Notes under the pieces: generated by a model | What the model was told of the DNA's origin: nothing | Databases searched by the model: none | What the model saw: only the letters and a program-made list of their open reading frames with translations | Part shown: positions 1-9,501 of the stretch, piece by piece | Numbering within the stretch: the first letter of the stretch is position 1 | Layout of the letters: each line of letters begins with the position of its first letter | Assembly: GCF_003044305.1 (NCBI RefSeq) | Contig: NZ_PZOX01000005.1 | Location: 451,493 to 515,492 of the forward strand | DNA length: 64,000 nt | Source of the DNA: Vitiosangium sp. GDMCC 1.1324 | Lineage (GTDB): Bacteria > Myxococcota > Myxococcia > Myxococcales > Myxococcaceae | Direction: 5' to 3' | Program-made: the position numbers and the translations under genes

Positions 1-686
1 TTGTACTTCTCCGCGACCCTGCGCTGCATGTCGATGTGGATGGCACGATCCCTGGCGGCGCCGATCGTCAAGACCGGCACGCCGATGCGCGCTTCATCGA
101 TGTGGGAGATCCTCTGGGTGTCCATCTCGCGATGGAACAGATCGCGATAGACGAGGCCCGATTCGTAGCACGTGTTCGCGTAGATTCCCGCGTGCCGAGA
201 AAGGGGAACGCAATTCAAGATTCCCCAACTGAAGCCAATCCTCCAGAACTTGTGAGCCCGGGTCTCGGACTGTGGGGAATACAAGATGTTGGCAAAAGTG
301 AACCGCGGCGCCAACGAGCGCTTGGGCTGCAAGCCAGACGGCGCTGTCGGCGTCAGGAGAACGACCGCCCGAGCCACACCCCGCTCCGCGAGCTTTTGCG
401 CGATGAGTCCTCCCATGGAGTGACCGAAGATGACCGGAGGCCGACCCGTCTCGGCTTCGAGCCGGCGCGCCGCCGCCTCCATGTCCTCGACATAATCAGC
501 CAGCTTCAGCTTCAAGAGCTCCGCGGACGGATCGGCCCTCACCCTGAGCTGCGGACGGAACGTTGGCGTTTCCACGCGCCAGCCGATGTCTCGGAACTGC
601 CCGGCCATACGGCCCCAGACCTCGCCCGTGCAATTCACGCCATGGATCATCAATATCGCGCCCTTGGCACCTGCGCGGTCAGCCAC
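1..686 (-). CDS. alpha/beta hydrolase (lipase/esterase family), C-terminal end runs off window start; start codon uncertain (GTG ~686 or ~731, ATG 650)
   Basis: Manual reverse translation gives ...GAKGAILMIHGVNCTGEVW...GRPPVIFGHSMGGLIAQKLA... with the GHSMGG nucleophile-elbow motif. Not in the ORF track because there is no stop inside the window. Confidence 0.6.
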   Translation of the reverse strand, partial: MADRAGAKGAILMIHGVNCTGEVWGRMAGQFRDIGWRVETPTFRPQLRVRADPSAELLKLKLADYVEDMEAAARRLEAETGRPPVIFGHSMGGLIAQKLAERGVARAVVLLTPTAPSGLQPKRSLAPRFTFANILYSPQSETRAHKFWRIGFSWGILNCVPLSRHAGIYANTCYESGLVYRDLFHREMDTQRISHIDEARIGVPVLTIGAARDRAIHIDMQRRVAEKY

Positions 687-883
687 GGTTTTCTCCCCTG
701 ATCGTGATCGGGCCGGCGGAAGTGCTCCCACGCAGCTTCAGCCCGGCCGACACGTACGACGGCCAGCGCGACTCCGCAAGAGAAGAAAGAGGTGTCTTCA
801 CCGCTTTTACTACAGTTGTAGATTCGTATGCCGAGCTGATCTGAGATCTGTGATTGCGACCATGACGCGGAAGCCACGCGCAG

Positions 884-1016
884 TGTCTGCGTAAATCCAC
901 GTACTCCGGCGATCTGGATATCCCAGGCAGGCTGTCTGCGTATTTCCGCGTACTCCGGCGATCTGGATATCCCAGGCAGGTTGTCTGCGTATTTCCGCGT
1001 ACTCCGGCGATCTGGG
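884..1016. repeat. 49-bp tandem direct repeat, about 2.7 copies (tgtctgcgtatttccgcgtactccggcgatctggatatcccaggcagg..)
   Basis: Copies start at 884, 933 and 982; the third is partial and diverged. It accounts for the repeated PEYAEIRRQPAWDIQIAGVRG peptides in three overlapping minus-strand ORFs. Confidence 0.85.
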
Positions 1017-1149
1017 CTGGACGCGGGAGCGACATCCCCCCCCTTCTCCTTCGAGCGAACAGGCAGCGGCAGAGGCAGCACCCCGCTCTCGCTGTCGGCT
1101 GGAGGACAGGATCACCCGCCCGACCTGCGAGCAGTGGTCTCCGGGCGAG

Positions 1150-2520
1150 ATACTGCAGCGGCAGCTCGGAAGAAGACGGCGGAAGCTCGCTGTTGACGCA
1201 ACGGAGGGGAAAGAAGGGGGATTCCCGTGTCCGCCGCTACACCCACCCAAGGGGGCGAGGCTGCCGTCGCCCAGACGCTGCCCGAAGGGTTGAGGGAGCT
1301 GGCGGCCTGGCTGGCGCCGCACTTCCGCCGACGGGAGGCACTCGAAGCGGCAGGGTCCTTCCTACGGGCGCTGCTGTCCCGAGCGGAGCGGAAGAATGCG
1401 TGGGGCCTCGCGGAGGAAGCCGGGAAGACGGACCCCTACGCGTTTCAACACCTGCTGGGGCGCGCCAGATGGGACGAGGATGCAGTACGCGACGGTGTGC
1501 TGGCCTACGCACGGCAGAGGCTGGGCGAAGGGGGCGTGCTGGCTGTGGCCGAGATGGACTTCCTCAAGAAGGGGGACAAGTCCGCGGGCGTGGCGCATCA
1601 GTACGCCGCAACAGCTGGCCGCATTGAAAACTGCCAGGTGGGTGTCTTTCTCGCCTACGTCACCCGCGAGGGCCGCTCCCTGGTGGATCGCGAGCTGTAC
1701 CTGCCCGAGGAGTGGACGAAGCACAGGAACAGGCGCCATGAGGCTGGCATCCCGGAAGAAGTGGTCTTCCGTACCAAACCCCAACTGGCACAAGTCATGT
1801 TGCAGCGAGCCCTTGATGCGGGGTTGGCCCCCTCGTGGGTGATAGGCAACGAGGTGTATGGCAGTGATGGAAACCTGCGACGCGTCCTCGAACGACACCA
1901 TCAACGCTACCTGCTGGCGGTGACCGCCAACACATCCGCGTGGCGCGCCACCACCCGGTTGACGGCCGGCAGAGCCTTGAAGGAGCTGAAGAAGAGGGAC
2001 TGGGCACGCCTGTCCGCGGGCGCAGGTCCCCAGGGCCCACGCCTGTACGACTGGGCGCGCATGAGCGTCAAGTCGCATACGGGCACTCTCTCCCGGTGGT
2101 TTCTCTTCCAGCGCGGCCTCTCGGATGAAACAGAGGTCGCCTTCTACCTGGTGCACGCACCGGCCAACACCTCGCTGGCTTCCATGGTGGAAGCTGCCGG
2201 CAGTCGCTGGCCGGTGGAGGAGTGCTTCGAATCCGCCAGGGGCGAGGTCGGCCTGGACGACTATGAGGTACGCAGCTGGACGGGTTGGTATCGACACATG
2301 ACGCTGTGTCTGGCGGCTCATACGTTCCTCGCGGCTGCACGCGCCAGGGCCAACTCGAAGGAGGGTCTCCTCCCCAAAGCGTCGAGCAGGCCGCATGGGA
2401 AGAAACACATGTCTGCTTTCCGCCGCCGCCAGGGCCTCCGTTCGTCCGGCTCCCCCCCCAGAACGTGAGGCTTTCCATGGATCCGCCCCCAGAATCGTTT
2501 CTGGGGCTCGGGCCTATCCC
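1150..2520 (+). mobile_element. IS701-family insertion sequence (boundaries approximate; terminal inverted repeats not identified by eye)
   Basis: Single transposase ORF flanked by short non-coding regions, inserted 3' of the anti-sigma gene. Confidence 0.4.
1227..2468 (+). CDS. IS701-family DDE transposase
   Basis: 413 aa. Contains ...AVAEMDFLKKGDKSAGVAHQYAATAGRIENCQVGVFLAYVTREGRSLVDRELYLPEEWT..., typical of IS701/ISAzo-type transposases. GTG start. Confidence 0.85.
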   Translation: MSAATPTQGGEAAVAQTLPEGLRELAAWLAPHFRRREALEAAGSFLRALLSRAERKNAWGLAEEAGKTDPYAFQHLLGRARWDEDAVRDGVLAYARQRLGEGGVLAVAEMDFLKKGDKSAGVAHQYAATAGRIENCQVGVFLAYVTREGRSLVDRELYLPEEWTKHRNRRHEAGIPEEVVFRTKPQLAQVMLQRALDAGLAPSWVIGNEVYGSDGNLRRVLERHHQRYLLAVTANTSAWRATTRLTAGRALKELKKRDWARLSAGAGPQGPRLYDWARMSVKSHTGTLSRWFLFQRGLSDETEVAFYLVHAPANTSLASMVEAAGSRWPVEECFESARGEVGLDDYEVRSWTGWYRHMTLCLAAHTFLAAARARANSKEGLLPKASSRPHGKKHMSAFRRRQGLRSSGSPPRT

Positions 2521-2521
2521 G

Positions 2522-3034
2522 TCAGTCGTATTCGTCCGCGGGGGCGAGGGGCTTGTCCGAGGGCACCTCTCTCAGCTGGGCTTCCGCCTTGTCGCGGGAG
2601 GGCGGTGAGTTCCTCTTGGATGCGCCCGGGCGCAGGTCGGCGGGAGGACAGGCGGACCGGTTGTCTCCGGACAGGCACTGGATGACCTGGTCGGCGACCT
2701 CCGTGCCCGCTGCCGTGGACTGGGTGGAAGACGCGGGGTGAAACACCTGGGAGCGCATCAGCAGCAACACCGCCAGGGCCGCCGCCGCCAGCCCGGCCAC
2801 GGCCAGCAGCAGCAGCTTCGGCCTGGGACGACCCAGCAGCCGCTTCGGGGCGGGAGGCTCGCTTCGGGCCAGCTCGCGCAGCTTCGCCTCCGCGAGCGCC
2901 TCCCGCTGAAGCACCCGCGCGCACGCGTCACACTGGGAGGCGTGCACCTCGAAGAAGGACCGCTGCTGCGGCTCGAGGAGGCCATGCAGGTACTGCGCGG
3001 CCATCTCGGCCGTGATGTGGGGCTGCTCACTCAT
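2522..3034 (-). CDS. anti-sigma factor, zf-HC2 (ChrR/RsrA-like) N-terminal domain, single TM, Pro-rich C-terminus
   Basis: N-terminus MSEQPHITAEMAAQYLHGLLEPQQRSFFEVHASQCDACARVL carries the H-x3-C-x2-C zinc motif. Start overlaps the upstream sigma gene stop by 8 nt. Confidence 0.7.
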   Translation of the reverse strand: MSEQPHITAEMAAQYLHGLLEPQQRSFFEVHASQCDACARVLQREALAEAKLRELARSEPPAPKRLLGRPRPKLLLLAVAGLAAAALAVLLLMRSQVFHPASSTQSTAAGTEVADQVIQCLSGDNRSACPPADLRPGASKRNSPPSRDKAEAQLREVPSDKPLAPADEYD

Positions 3035-3599
3035 GGCGGTCCTCCTCCACCAGCTGGCGCAGGCGGCTGCGGATTTCCCAGAGAATCTGCCGCACGCGCT
3101 GCACGGAGAGTCCCACATGTTCGGCGACTTCCGCATGGCTCAGGTCGGGGCGACCGAAGACGAGCTGGAAGACACGCTGACCGGAGGGGGAACACTGCTC
3201 GAGCAGGGCGCGGGCCCGCTCCAACTCCTGCTTGGACAACAGCCGCGCCTCGGGGGAAGGGGTGGCATCCTCCAGCGCCTCGACCTTCAGGTCCTCCAGG
3301 CTGGCAAAGCGCTCGGGCCGGCGGCGAACCTCGTGCAGAAGCAGGAAGTGGGCCTGGGTGAGGGCAATGCCTGGCAGCCGCAGCTGCTGGAGCTTGCCGC
3401 GCTCCTGCTGGGCGAGCAGCGTGGCCCACGTCTCCTGCACCAGCTCCTGGGCCCGGTCCACCCGGACGCCCCGTGCCAGCAGGAAGACGAGCACCTCGTG
3501 ACCGTGGCGTTGGATGAGCTCGCCCCAGGCCTCACGGTCGCCCGCCAGGGCCCGCGCCGCCACGTCCGCGTTGCTGCGGTCCATCTCCTTCACCTGCAT
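3027..3599 (-). CDS. ECF (sigma-70 family group 4) RNA polymerase sigma factor
   Basis: MQVKEMDRSNADVAARALAGDREAWGELIQRHGHEVLVFLLARG... (region 2) and ...LSHAEVAEHVGLSVQRVRQILWEIRSRLRQL (region 4 HTH). Start chosen at ATG 3599 inside the longer 374-aa ORF. Confidence 0.8.
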   Translation of the reverse strand: MQVKEMDRSNADVAARALAGDREAWGELIQRHGHEVLVFLLARGVRVDRAQELVQETWATLLAQQERGKLQQLRLPGIALTQAHFLLLHEVRRRPERFASLEDLKVEALEDATPSPEARLLSKQELERARALLEQCSPSGQRVFQLVFGRPDLSHAEVAEHVGLSVQRVRQILWEIRSRLRQLVEEDRHE

Positions 3600-3760
3600 G
3601 CGGGGCGATCGGGACAGTCTGAGTGTCAGGGCATTCTGCACGGACGGCGACCTCCAGAGCAACGGAGGCATCAATCCGCAAGGGAGGAAAAGATATCGGC
3701 CGCAGTGTAGAAAAAAGGCGTTGATTGCGCACGCGCCCCGGCTTCTGAGAGGAGGAGCCA

Positions 3761-6700
3761 ATGCCTGCCCTCTCTCCGCGGCTGCGGCTGTTGCTGTTGC
3801 TGGCCGTCCTGCTGGCCTGCGCCCTGGTCTATTCCGGGCAGGCCCTCGCGCCTGCGCACCCCACCGCACCTCTGCCCGGCATGCCCCTGCCGCTCCCGCG
3901 AGACCCGAGAATCCGGCTCCAGGGCCTCCCCTCGTTCCGGGCCGCGTACGAGGAGTCCTTCCGCAGCAAGCCGGACGCGCGTTTCTTGCGAGCCCTCTCC
4001 GAGCTCGAGCGCCTTCTGGGGGGCAGCGCGTCAGCGTCCGTGGACGCCCGCTTCCACGAGGACGGATGGATACTCCAGGTGGAGGGGAAGGAGGTGGGAA
4101 GGCTCCCGGAGTTCCCCGACTTCGCCGATGCCTTGTCGCTCCTGGAGACACGCGCCCACCAACTGGGCGTGAAACGGTTGGAGCTGCAGACAGGCTCCCT
4201 CCCTCCTGGCGCGTCGCCGCTTCCCATGGGCCGAGCGACCCTGGAGACCTTGCGAGAGCTCGACGAAGCCTGGTCCCGCGGCAAGCGCAGCCCCGCCACG
4301 CTCGTGGGCGCCGCGCGGGCCTCGGTGGCCCTGGCGCTCCAGCTCACGGATCTGACCGAAACCGCCGATGCGGTCCCAGCCCGGGCCCTGGCGCTGCTGG
4401 CGCTGGGGCGCGCGACGACCTCGGCGGCCCTCACCGAGGAACGTGCGCTGCTCTCGCATGTCCTGGGGTACGAGCGCACGGCGCGCCAGCTCGCCTCGGC
4501 GCTGCCCTCCGGGGGGGCGGCGCGCGCCTTCCTGCTTCAGGAGGACGATCTCCTCGAGGCGCTGGCGGAGCGCGACGCGGGGGCCGGAGTAGCCAGTCAT
4601 CTCTGGGTACGCCGGCTGGCGCGGATGGGACGCGTGGAGCGTGCGGAGCGCTCCAGCCGGCTGGCCGCCCAGCAACTCGGGGTGGGGCTCCACGTGGTGG
4701 CGCCAAGGCTGCTGATGGATGGCACGCACCCGGAAGATCAGTTCATCGGGAGGGTGGCCGCGCCCTTCATCCTGGCCGAAGTGGCCTGGGCGAACGCCCA
4801 TGAAGCCCCCGGCGTGGCCAACCCCTACGGAATGCTCCCGCCGACGTGGCCCCGGACCTCGGACTCGGATGAGGCGCTCCTCCAGTGGATGCACCACAGC
4901 CGTGAACTCCTCCCCGTGAAGGAGCGTGGCCTGCTTCCCCTCTTCGACGAGCTGCTCGAGAAGACGGGCCGCCCGGGCGCCGTCTTCCTGGATGCCGAGG
5001 TGGAGCGCGCCTTCTTCCGGGGCCTGTTCGATTCGGCCCTCTACCGCAGCGCCATGCACTGTCTGGATGGGCTCGCCACGCCCGAGGCCACGGCGGACTG
5101 CACCGAGAGCTTCGGCACCCGGGAGGCCAGGACCTCGGGGGATTTCCAGCAGTGGTACGCGCGACTCGTCGCCGCCCGCAAAGGCCCTAGGGATGAGCAG
5201 GTGCTGCTCCAGAGCCTCAACGATTTGAAGAGCCTGGGAGCGCCCTTGATCAACGAGCTCCACGATGAGCTGGAAGCGACGATCGACCGCATCGACCCCG
5301 CGCGTACGACGATGACCCGGCGCCTCGCCGCCCGACTCGACACCCGCCCGGACCATCGGGTCATCCTGGCCGACGCACTGAGGGGCTCCCTCTCCAATCT
5401 CGTCCTGTCCGAGCGGCTCTACCGCGCGAGCCTGGAGGCCTGCCAGTACCCCGGGGTGGAGAGCTGGCTCGCGTGGCGGGAGCGCGACTTCGCGAAGATG
5501 AAGCAGTTGCTGCACGACCCTGCCGTGGGAGGGACGAACCAGCTCATGCTGCTCGAGAAGCTGCTCACGGAGAAACAATTGACCGCCGAGGAGGTGGCTC
5601 GCGAGCTGGAGGCATTGGTCGCCACTTCCGGCGACCAATGGTCCTTCACCCTCCGGGGAGTGGAGATGCTGGAGCGCGCGCGGGACTACCCGCGGGCGAG
5701 AGCCCTCGCCGAGCGGTGGCTGGAGTGGAATGCGCAACTGGATGACGTCACGCGCGGTGTCGTCCTGGTGAAACTGGCCCATCTGCACGCCCTGGAAGGC
5801 AACCCCGCGCGCGGCTGGGAGGTCCTCACCCCCGCGCTGACCACCTACCGGCACGAGGTCCTCGAACAGGGAGCGCTCCTGCTCCAGGCGCTCGGAGATG
5901 AGAAGAGGGCCCTGGCCATGGCGGAAGGAATGGCGCACCGCTACCCCGGCCCTTCCAGCCTGGCGCTGATCGCGGAGCTTCACTGGCGCAGCGGGCGCTA
6001 CGCGGAAGCCGCCGCGGCCCTCAAGGCCTCTCCGGTGCGCCGCCTGCTCGCGAAGAACTGGAGGCTCATGGGGACCAGGTTCGCCGATGTCTTCGGCGGC
6101 AAGCCCCTGGAGGAGGGACTGCGTGCCTTCAACATGCTGCAGGAGGGGGGTCTCAATGCCGCGGAGCTTCAATTCCTGACGAGCTTCGTCAGAACCCGGG
6201 AGTCCTGGCAGCTGTCAGTCGAGCTGGATTCGAGAATCCAGTTCCCCGACGCGTCGATTCGCCTGGGGTCCCAGTTGCGAACCTATCAAAGCCTGGCTCG
6301 ATGGAAGTCCAAGGCCGAGGCACTAGAGTGGCTGCGCCCTCGCGTGCCTCCCCCCCTGCGGGGAGTCCAGCTGGCGACGCTCGCCTTCGAGGCTGGAGCG
6401 GACGACCTTCTCTGGGAGTATGTCCAGAGCAACCATGAAGGGGAGCGCGATGTCGCCTATACTTGGTTGTTGAAGGCAGCCTCCAGCGTGCGCACTCGCG
6501 ATGACAACCCGGAACACCGCCGGGCGCTGGAGGAGTACTTCCAGCTCGAGCGCCCGGACTTCTACCACCAGGTGGGCCGTTACCTGCTGGGGCTCACCTC
6601 GGAGGAGGAGGTGCTGGCATTGGCGAAGCAGCCGGACCAGCAGCAGGAGCTGGCCTTCTTTCTGGCACTCAAGGCCCAGGCCGAGCGGCGCTACGAGGAC

Positions 6701-6835
6701 GCCGCGACCTGGTATGCCGCCGCCGTCGAGCAGGGCCTCTACCGCGAGGGAGAATACCAGTGGTCCCTCGCCCAACTGTGGCATTGGAGGGCGCAGGAGC
6801 TGAGCCTCGCGCAATTGCAGAAGCGCGGGCTGTAG
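3761..6835 (+). CDS. large secreted alpha-helical (TPR-like) repeat protein of unknown function
   Basis: 1024 aa. Signal peptide MPALSPRLRLLLLLAVLLACALVYSGQALA. Leu/Ala/Glu/Arg-rich helical content; high GC3 codon usage. Divergent from the ECF sigma/anti-sigma pair. Confidence 0.6.
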   Translation: MPALSPRLRLLLLLAVLLACALVYSGQALAPAHPTAPLPGMPLPLPRDPRIRLQGLPSFRAAYEESFRSKPDARFLRALSELERLLGGSASASVDARFHEDGWILQVEGKEVGRLPEFPDFADALSLLETRAHQLGVKRLELQTGSLPPGASPLPMGRATLETLRELDEAWSRGKRSPATLVGAARASVALALQLTDLTETADAVPARALALLALGRATTSAALTEERALLSHVLGYERTARQLASALPSGGAARAFLLQEDDLLEALAERDAGAGVASHLWVRRLARMGRVERAERSSRLAAQQLGVGLHVVAPRLLMDGTHPEDQFIGRVAAPFILAEVAWANAHEAPGVANPYGMLPPTWPRTSDSDEALLQWMHHSRELLPVKERGLLPLFDELLEKTGRPGAVFLDAEVERAFFRGLFDSALYRSAMHCLDGLATPEATADCTESFGTREARTSGDFQQWYARLVAARKGPRDEQVLLQSLNDLKSLGAPLINELHDELEATIDRIDPARTTMTRRLAARLDTRPDHRVILADALRGSLSNLVLSERLYRASLEACQYPGVESWLAWRERDFAKMKQLLHDPAVGGTNQLMLLEKLLTEKQLTAEEVARELEALVATSGDQWSFTLRGVEMLERARDYPRARALAERWLEWNAQLDDVTRGVVLVKLAHLHALEGNPARGWEVLTPALTTYRHEVLEQGALLLQALGDEKRALAMAEGMAHRYPGPSSLALIAELHWRSGRYAEAAAALKASPVRRLLAKNWRLMGTRFADVFGGKPLEEGLRAFNMLQEGGLNAAELQFLTSFVRTRESWQLSVELDSRIQFPDASIRLGSQLRTYQSLARWKSKAEALEWLRPRVPPPLRGVQLATLAFEAGADDLLWEYVQSNHEGERDVAYTWLLKAASSVRTRDDNPEHRRALEEYFQLERPDFYHQVGRYLLGLTSEEEVLALAKQPDQQQELAFFLALKAQAERRYEDAATWYAAAVEQGLYREGEYQWSLAQLWHWRAQELSLAQLQKRGL

Positions 6836-6949
6836 CGAATACCGGCTACTGAGGGGTGAGACTCCCCGTAGGACGCGTTGGAGAGATTGGAGGCCACGGC
6901 TGGCCACGCCCAGGGGCTCCAACACCTCGCTCAACCCCATCCGCCTCAT

Positions 6950-7972
6950 TCAGGCATCAACTACAACCTCACGCACCTGCGACGACACCTGGCTCACCGA
7001 AACCTTCACATCGAGAAAGTGCGCGAACGTCTCAATCTGCGTCTGCGCATGTCCATCAAGCGGCAGGGTCCGGAACGAGCCACCACGGGCCAGCGCCAGC
7101 AACAGCATGAGCTGATCACACAGGTGCTCTCCCACGGGCACACCGGCCTCCAGGTAGACCCGAGCCTCCTCCGACACCGCCTCGGCCACGGCCTCCGAGC
7201 GCACACCCTTCTCCCCGAACGCGGTGAATACCTCGGTGACGTGCTCGCTCTCGACCTCCAGGTACAGCGCGTTCCCCGGTCCCACCGAGTTCTTCACCTC
7301 CTCCACCCGCCGCTCGTCCGGGAACCACGCGAGCTTCCTCCCTACCGTCTCCAGTTCCCGCTTCGCCACCTCGAACGGCACCTGCGAGATCAGCGCCGTG
7401 GCCTGCCGCCGCAAGACCTTCCCCCGCTCGAGCAGGTGCAGGGGCTTGAGCGGCGCGGGCTCCACGCTCACGAGGAACTTCCCTCCCCCGGCCGGGAAGA
7501 ACCCAGGCCGCTCCAGCGTCGCCTCCACGCTCGGCCCCATCCGACGCACCAGCGGCAGATACGCCTTCGTCAGGAAGTCGAACGGCGGCGCCGCCGGGTT
7601 GTGCGTCCCTCCCTCGAGCACCAGCATCGACGGCCCGCTCGCCCCCAGCAGCGCGGGCAACACCGTCTGCAGCACGAGCGTCGCACTCCCCGCCGTCCCC
7701 ACCGCGAAGTGGTACTCGCCGGACTTCAGGCTCCGAGGCCGGAACGTCAGCTCCTTCGAGTGCAGCTCCGCCCCCTCCAGGTCCGCGTCGCCCACGGCCG
7801 CCGCGGCCTTCACCGCCGTCAGGTGCTGGCGCAGCAGTCCCGGCTTCGAGCGTCCCGCCCGGATGTTCACCATCTGGAAGGGCTGTCCCGTCACCAGCGA
7901 CAGTGCCAGCGACGTGCGCAGCACCTGCCCCCCTCCCTCTCCCTTCGAACCGTCGATGCGAATCATCTCCAA
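6950..7972 (-). CDS. rtcA: RNA 3'-terminal phosphate cyclase
   Basis: MEMIRIDGSKGEGGGQVLRTSLALSLVTGQPFQMVNIRAGRSKPGLLRQHLTAVKAA... matches the RtcA N-terminal signature. Confidence 0.85.
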   Translation of the reverse strand: MEMIRIDGSKGEGGGQVLRTSLALSLVTGQPFQMVNIRAGRSKPGLLRQHLTAVKAAAAVGDADLEGAELHSKELTFRPRSLKSGEYHFAVGTAGSATLVLQTVLPALLGASGPSMLVLEGGTHNPAAPPFDFLTKAYLPLVRRMGPSVEATLERPGFFPAGGGKFLVSVEPAPLKPLHLLERGKVLRRQATALISQVPFEVAKRELETVGRKLAWFPDERRVEEVKNSVGPGNALYLEVESEHVTEVFTAFGEKGVRSEAVAEAVSEEARVYLEAGVPVGEHLCDQLMLLLALARGGSFRTLPLDGHAQTQIETFAHFLDVKVSVSQVSSQVREVVVDA

Positions 7973-8121
7973 ACCTCCCGTGAACCCCGTGTGCCCGCAC
8001 GTAGCGATGCCCGCTCCCTCATCCTAGCGACCGAAGTCTCGGAGAGAGCGGGCATCTCGATGTCTCTATCCCCTCATGTGTCTCCTCCCATGCTTGGGGT
8101 CCCCCCTTCTGGCTCACTCCT

Positions 8122-9360
8122 TCAACCCTTCACGCACACCACCTGGCGCAGCGTGTGGACCACGTCCACCAGGTCCGCCTGCGCCGCCATCACCGCGTCG
8201 ATCGGCTTGTACGCACCCGGCGTCTCGTCGATCACCTCCGCGTCCTTCCGGCACTCGATGCCCTCCGTCGCCTTCGCGTGGTCATCCAGCGTGAAGCGCC
8301 GCTTCGCCGCCTCGCGCGACATCACCCGCCCCGCCCCGTGGCTGCACGAGTGGAACGCCTCCGCGTTCCCCTTCCCTCGCACGATGTACGAGCGCGCACC
8401 CATGCTCCCGGGGATGATTCCCAAGTCCCCCTCTCGCGCCCGCACCGCCCCCTTGCGCGTCACGAAGACGTTCTTCCCGTAGTGGTGCTCGCGCGCCACG
8501 TAGTTGTGGTGGCAGTTCACCGCCGCCTCCGTGAGCTCGAACTCCGGCAGCTCACCGCTCGCCTTCAGCGCCTCCACCACCGAGCGCAGCATCAGCTCGC
8601 GGTTCATCGCCGCGTACTCCTGCGCCCAGCTCACCGCGTGGATGTAGTCCTCGAAGTACTCCGTCCCCTCGGGCAGGTACGCCAGGTCCTGCTCGGGCAG
8701 GTGGATGAAGAAGCGGCGCATGTCCTCCTTCGCCAGCTCGATGAAGTGGCTCCCAATCCGGTTCCCCACCCCGCGCGAGCCGCTGTGCAGCATCAGCCAC
8801 ACGTGGCCGGCCTCATCCAGGCACACCTCGATGAAGTGGTTCCCCGTCCCGAGCGTCCCGAGGTGCCCGAGGTCCGGGCCGCGGTCGATGCGCGGGTGCT
8901 TCGCGATGATGGCGTCGTAGCCGGGCTTCAGGCGCGCCCACGCCTCGCGGTGCATGGCGGGCGAGTCCTGCCACGCGCCCCGGTCGTTCCGACCACCGTT
9001 ATCCGTACGGCCGTGCGGCACCGCCTGCTCGATGGCCGAGCGCACCTTCGCCAGGGAGTCCGGGAGCTGCTCGGCGCGCAGCGTGGTGCGCACGGCGATC
9101 ATCCCGCAGCCGATGTCCACGCCCACCGCGGCCGGAATCACCGCGCCCGCCGTCGCCACCACGCTCCCCACCGTCGCGCCGTACCCGCGGTGCACGTCCG
9201 GCATCACCGCCACCCACTTGTGGATGAAGGGCAGGGCCGCCATCGCCTTCAGCTGCTTCTTCGCCTCGTCCTCGAAGGGCACCCCCACCGTCCACGCCTT
9301 GATGGGCACTCCACCCGTCTCGTTCGTCAGCACCTCGTAGTTGCGCGGCGTCGTCTGCAT
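8122..9360 (-). CDS. rtcB: RNA-splicing ligase RtcB
   Basis: MQTTPRNYEVL...HRGYGATVGSV...GTGNHFIE...HSGSRGVGN...CHHNY...GAGR conserved RtcB motifs. Start set at ATG 9360 within the longer 521-aa ORF. Confidence 0.9.
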   Translation of the reverse strand: MQTTPRNYEVLTNETGGVPIKAWTVGVPFEDEAKKQLKAMAALPFIHKWVAVMPDVHRGYGATVGSVVATAGAVIPAAVGVDIGCGMIAVRTTLRAEQLPDSLAKVRSAIEQAVPHGRTDNGGRNDRGAWQDSPAMHREAWARLKPGYDAIIAKHPRIDRGPDLGHLGTLGTGNHFIEVCLDEAGHVWLMLHSGSRGVGNRIGSHFIELAKEDMRRFFIHLPEQDLAYLPEGTEYFEDYIHAVSWAQEYAAMNRELMLRSVVEALKASGELPEFELTEAAVNCHHNYVAREHHYGKNVFVTRKGAVRAREGDLGIIPGSMGARSYIVRGKGNAEAFHSCSHGAGRVMSREAAKRRFTLDDHAKATEGIECRKDAEVIDETPGAYKPIDAVMAAQADLVDVVHTLRQVVCVKG

Positions 9361-9391
9361 GACCTGCTCCTTCGGAATCGTTCGCCCGGTC

Positions 9392-9431
9392 CGTGCCGGG
9401 CACGCGAGGGGGTAGAGCAGGCCGCGTGCCA
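9392..9431 (-). promoter_or_regulatory. putative sigma-54 promoter for rtcBA (minus-strand TTGGCACGcggcCTGCT, plus coords 9431-9416) plus a 6-1-6 perfect palindrome cgtgcc-g-ggcacg (9392-9404)
   Basis: Matches -24 TGGCACG and -12 (C/T)TGC with canonical spacing, ~50 nt upstream of rtcB. It lies in the divergent intergenic region shared with the sigma-54 activator gene rtcR. Confidence 0.4.
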
Positions 9432-9501
9432 ACGTCCTTCCCGAGGGAGAACGCGAATCCCCTGCCCGTCTTCCTATCCTCCAGGATAAAGTCCTATCCG
9501 C

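Noticed and set aside
36-701. 221-aa plus-strand ORF at the window start
   Set aside because: The opposite strand encodes an alpha/beta hydrolase with the GHSMGG motif. The plus ORF is its shadow.
4031-6172. 713-aa minus-strand ORF fully inside the + strand 1024-aa gene
   Set aside because: Antisense shadow ORF typical of ~70% GC DNA. It is Arg/Gly/Pro-rich and low-complexity, with no start context. The sense gene has coherent codon usage and a signal peptide.
6836-6950. Candidate bidirectional terminator between the convergent 1024-aa gene and rtcA
   Set aside because: Only a 4-bp GGGG/CCCC stem with a 7-nt loop and no U-tract. Not convincing.
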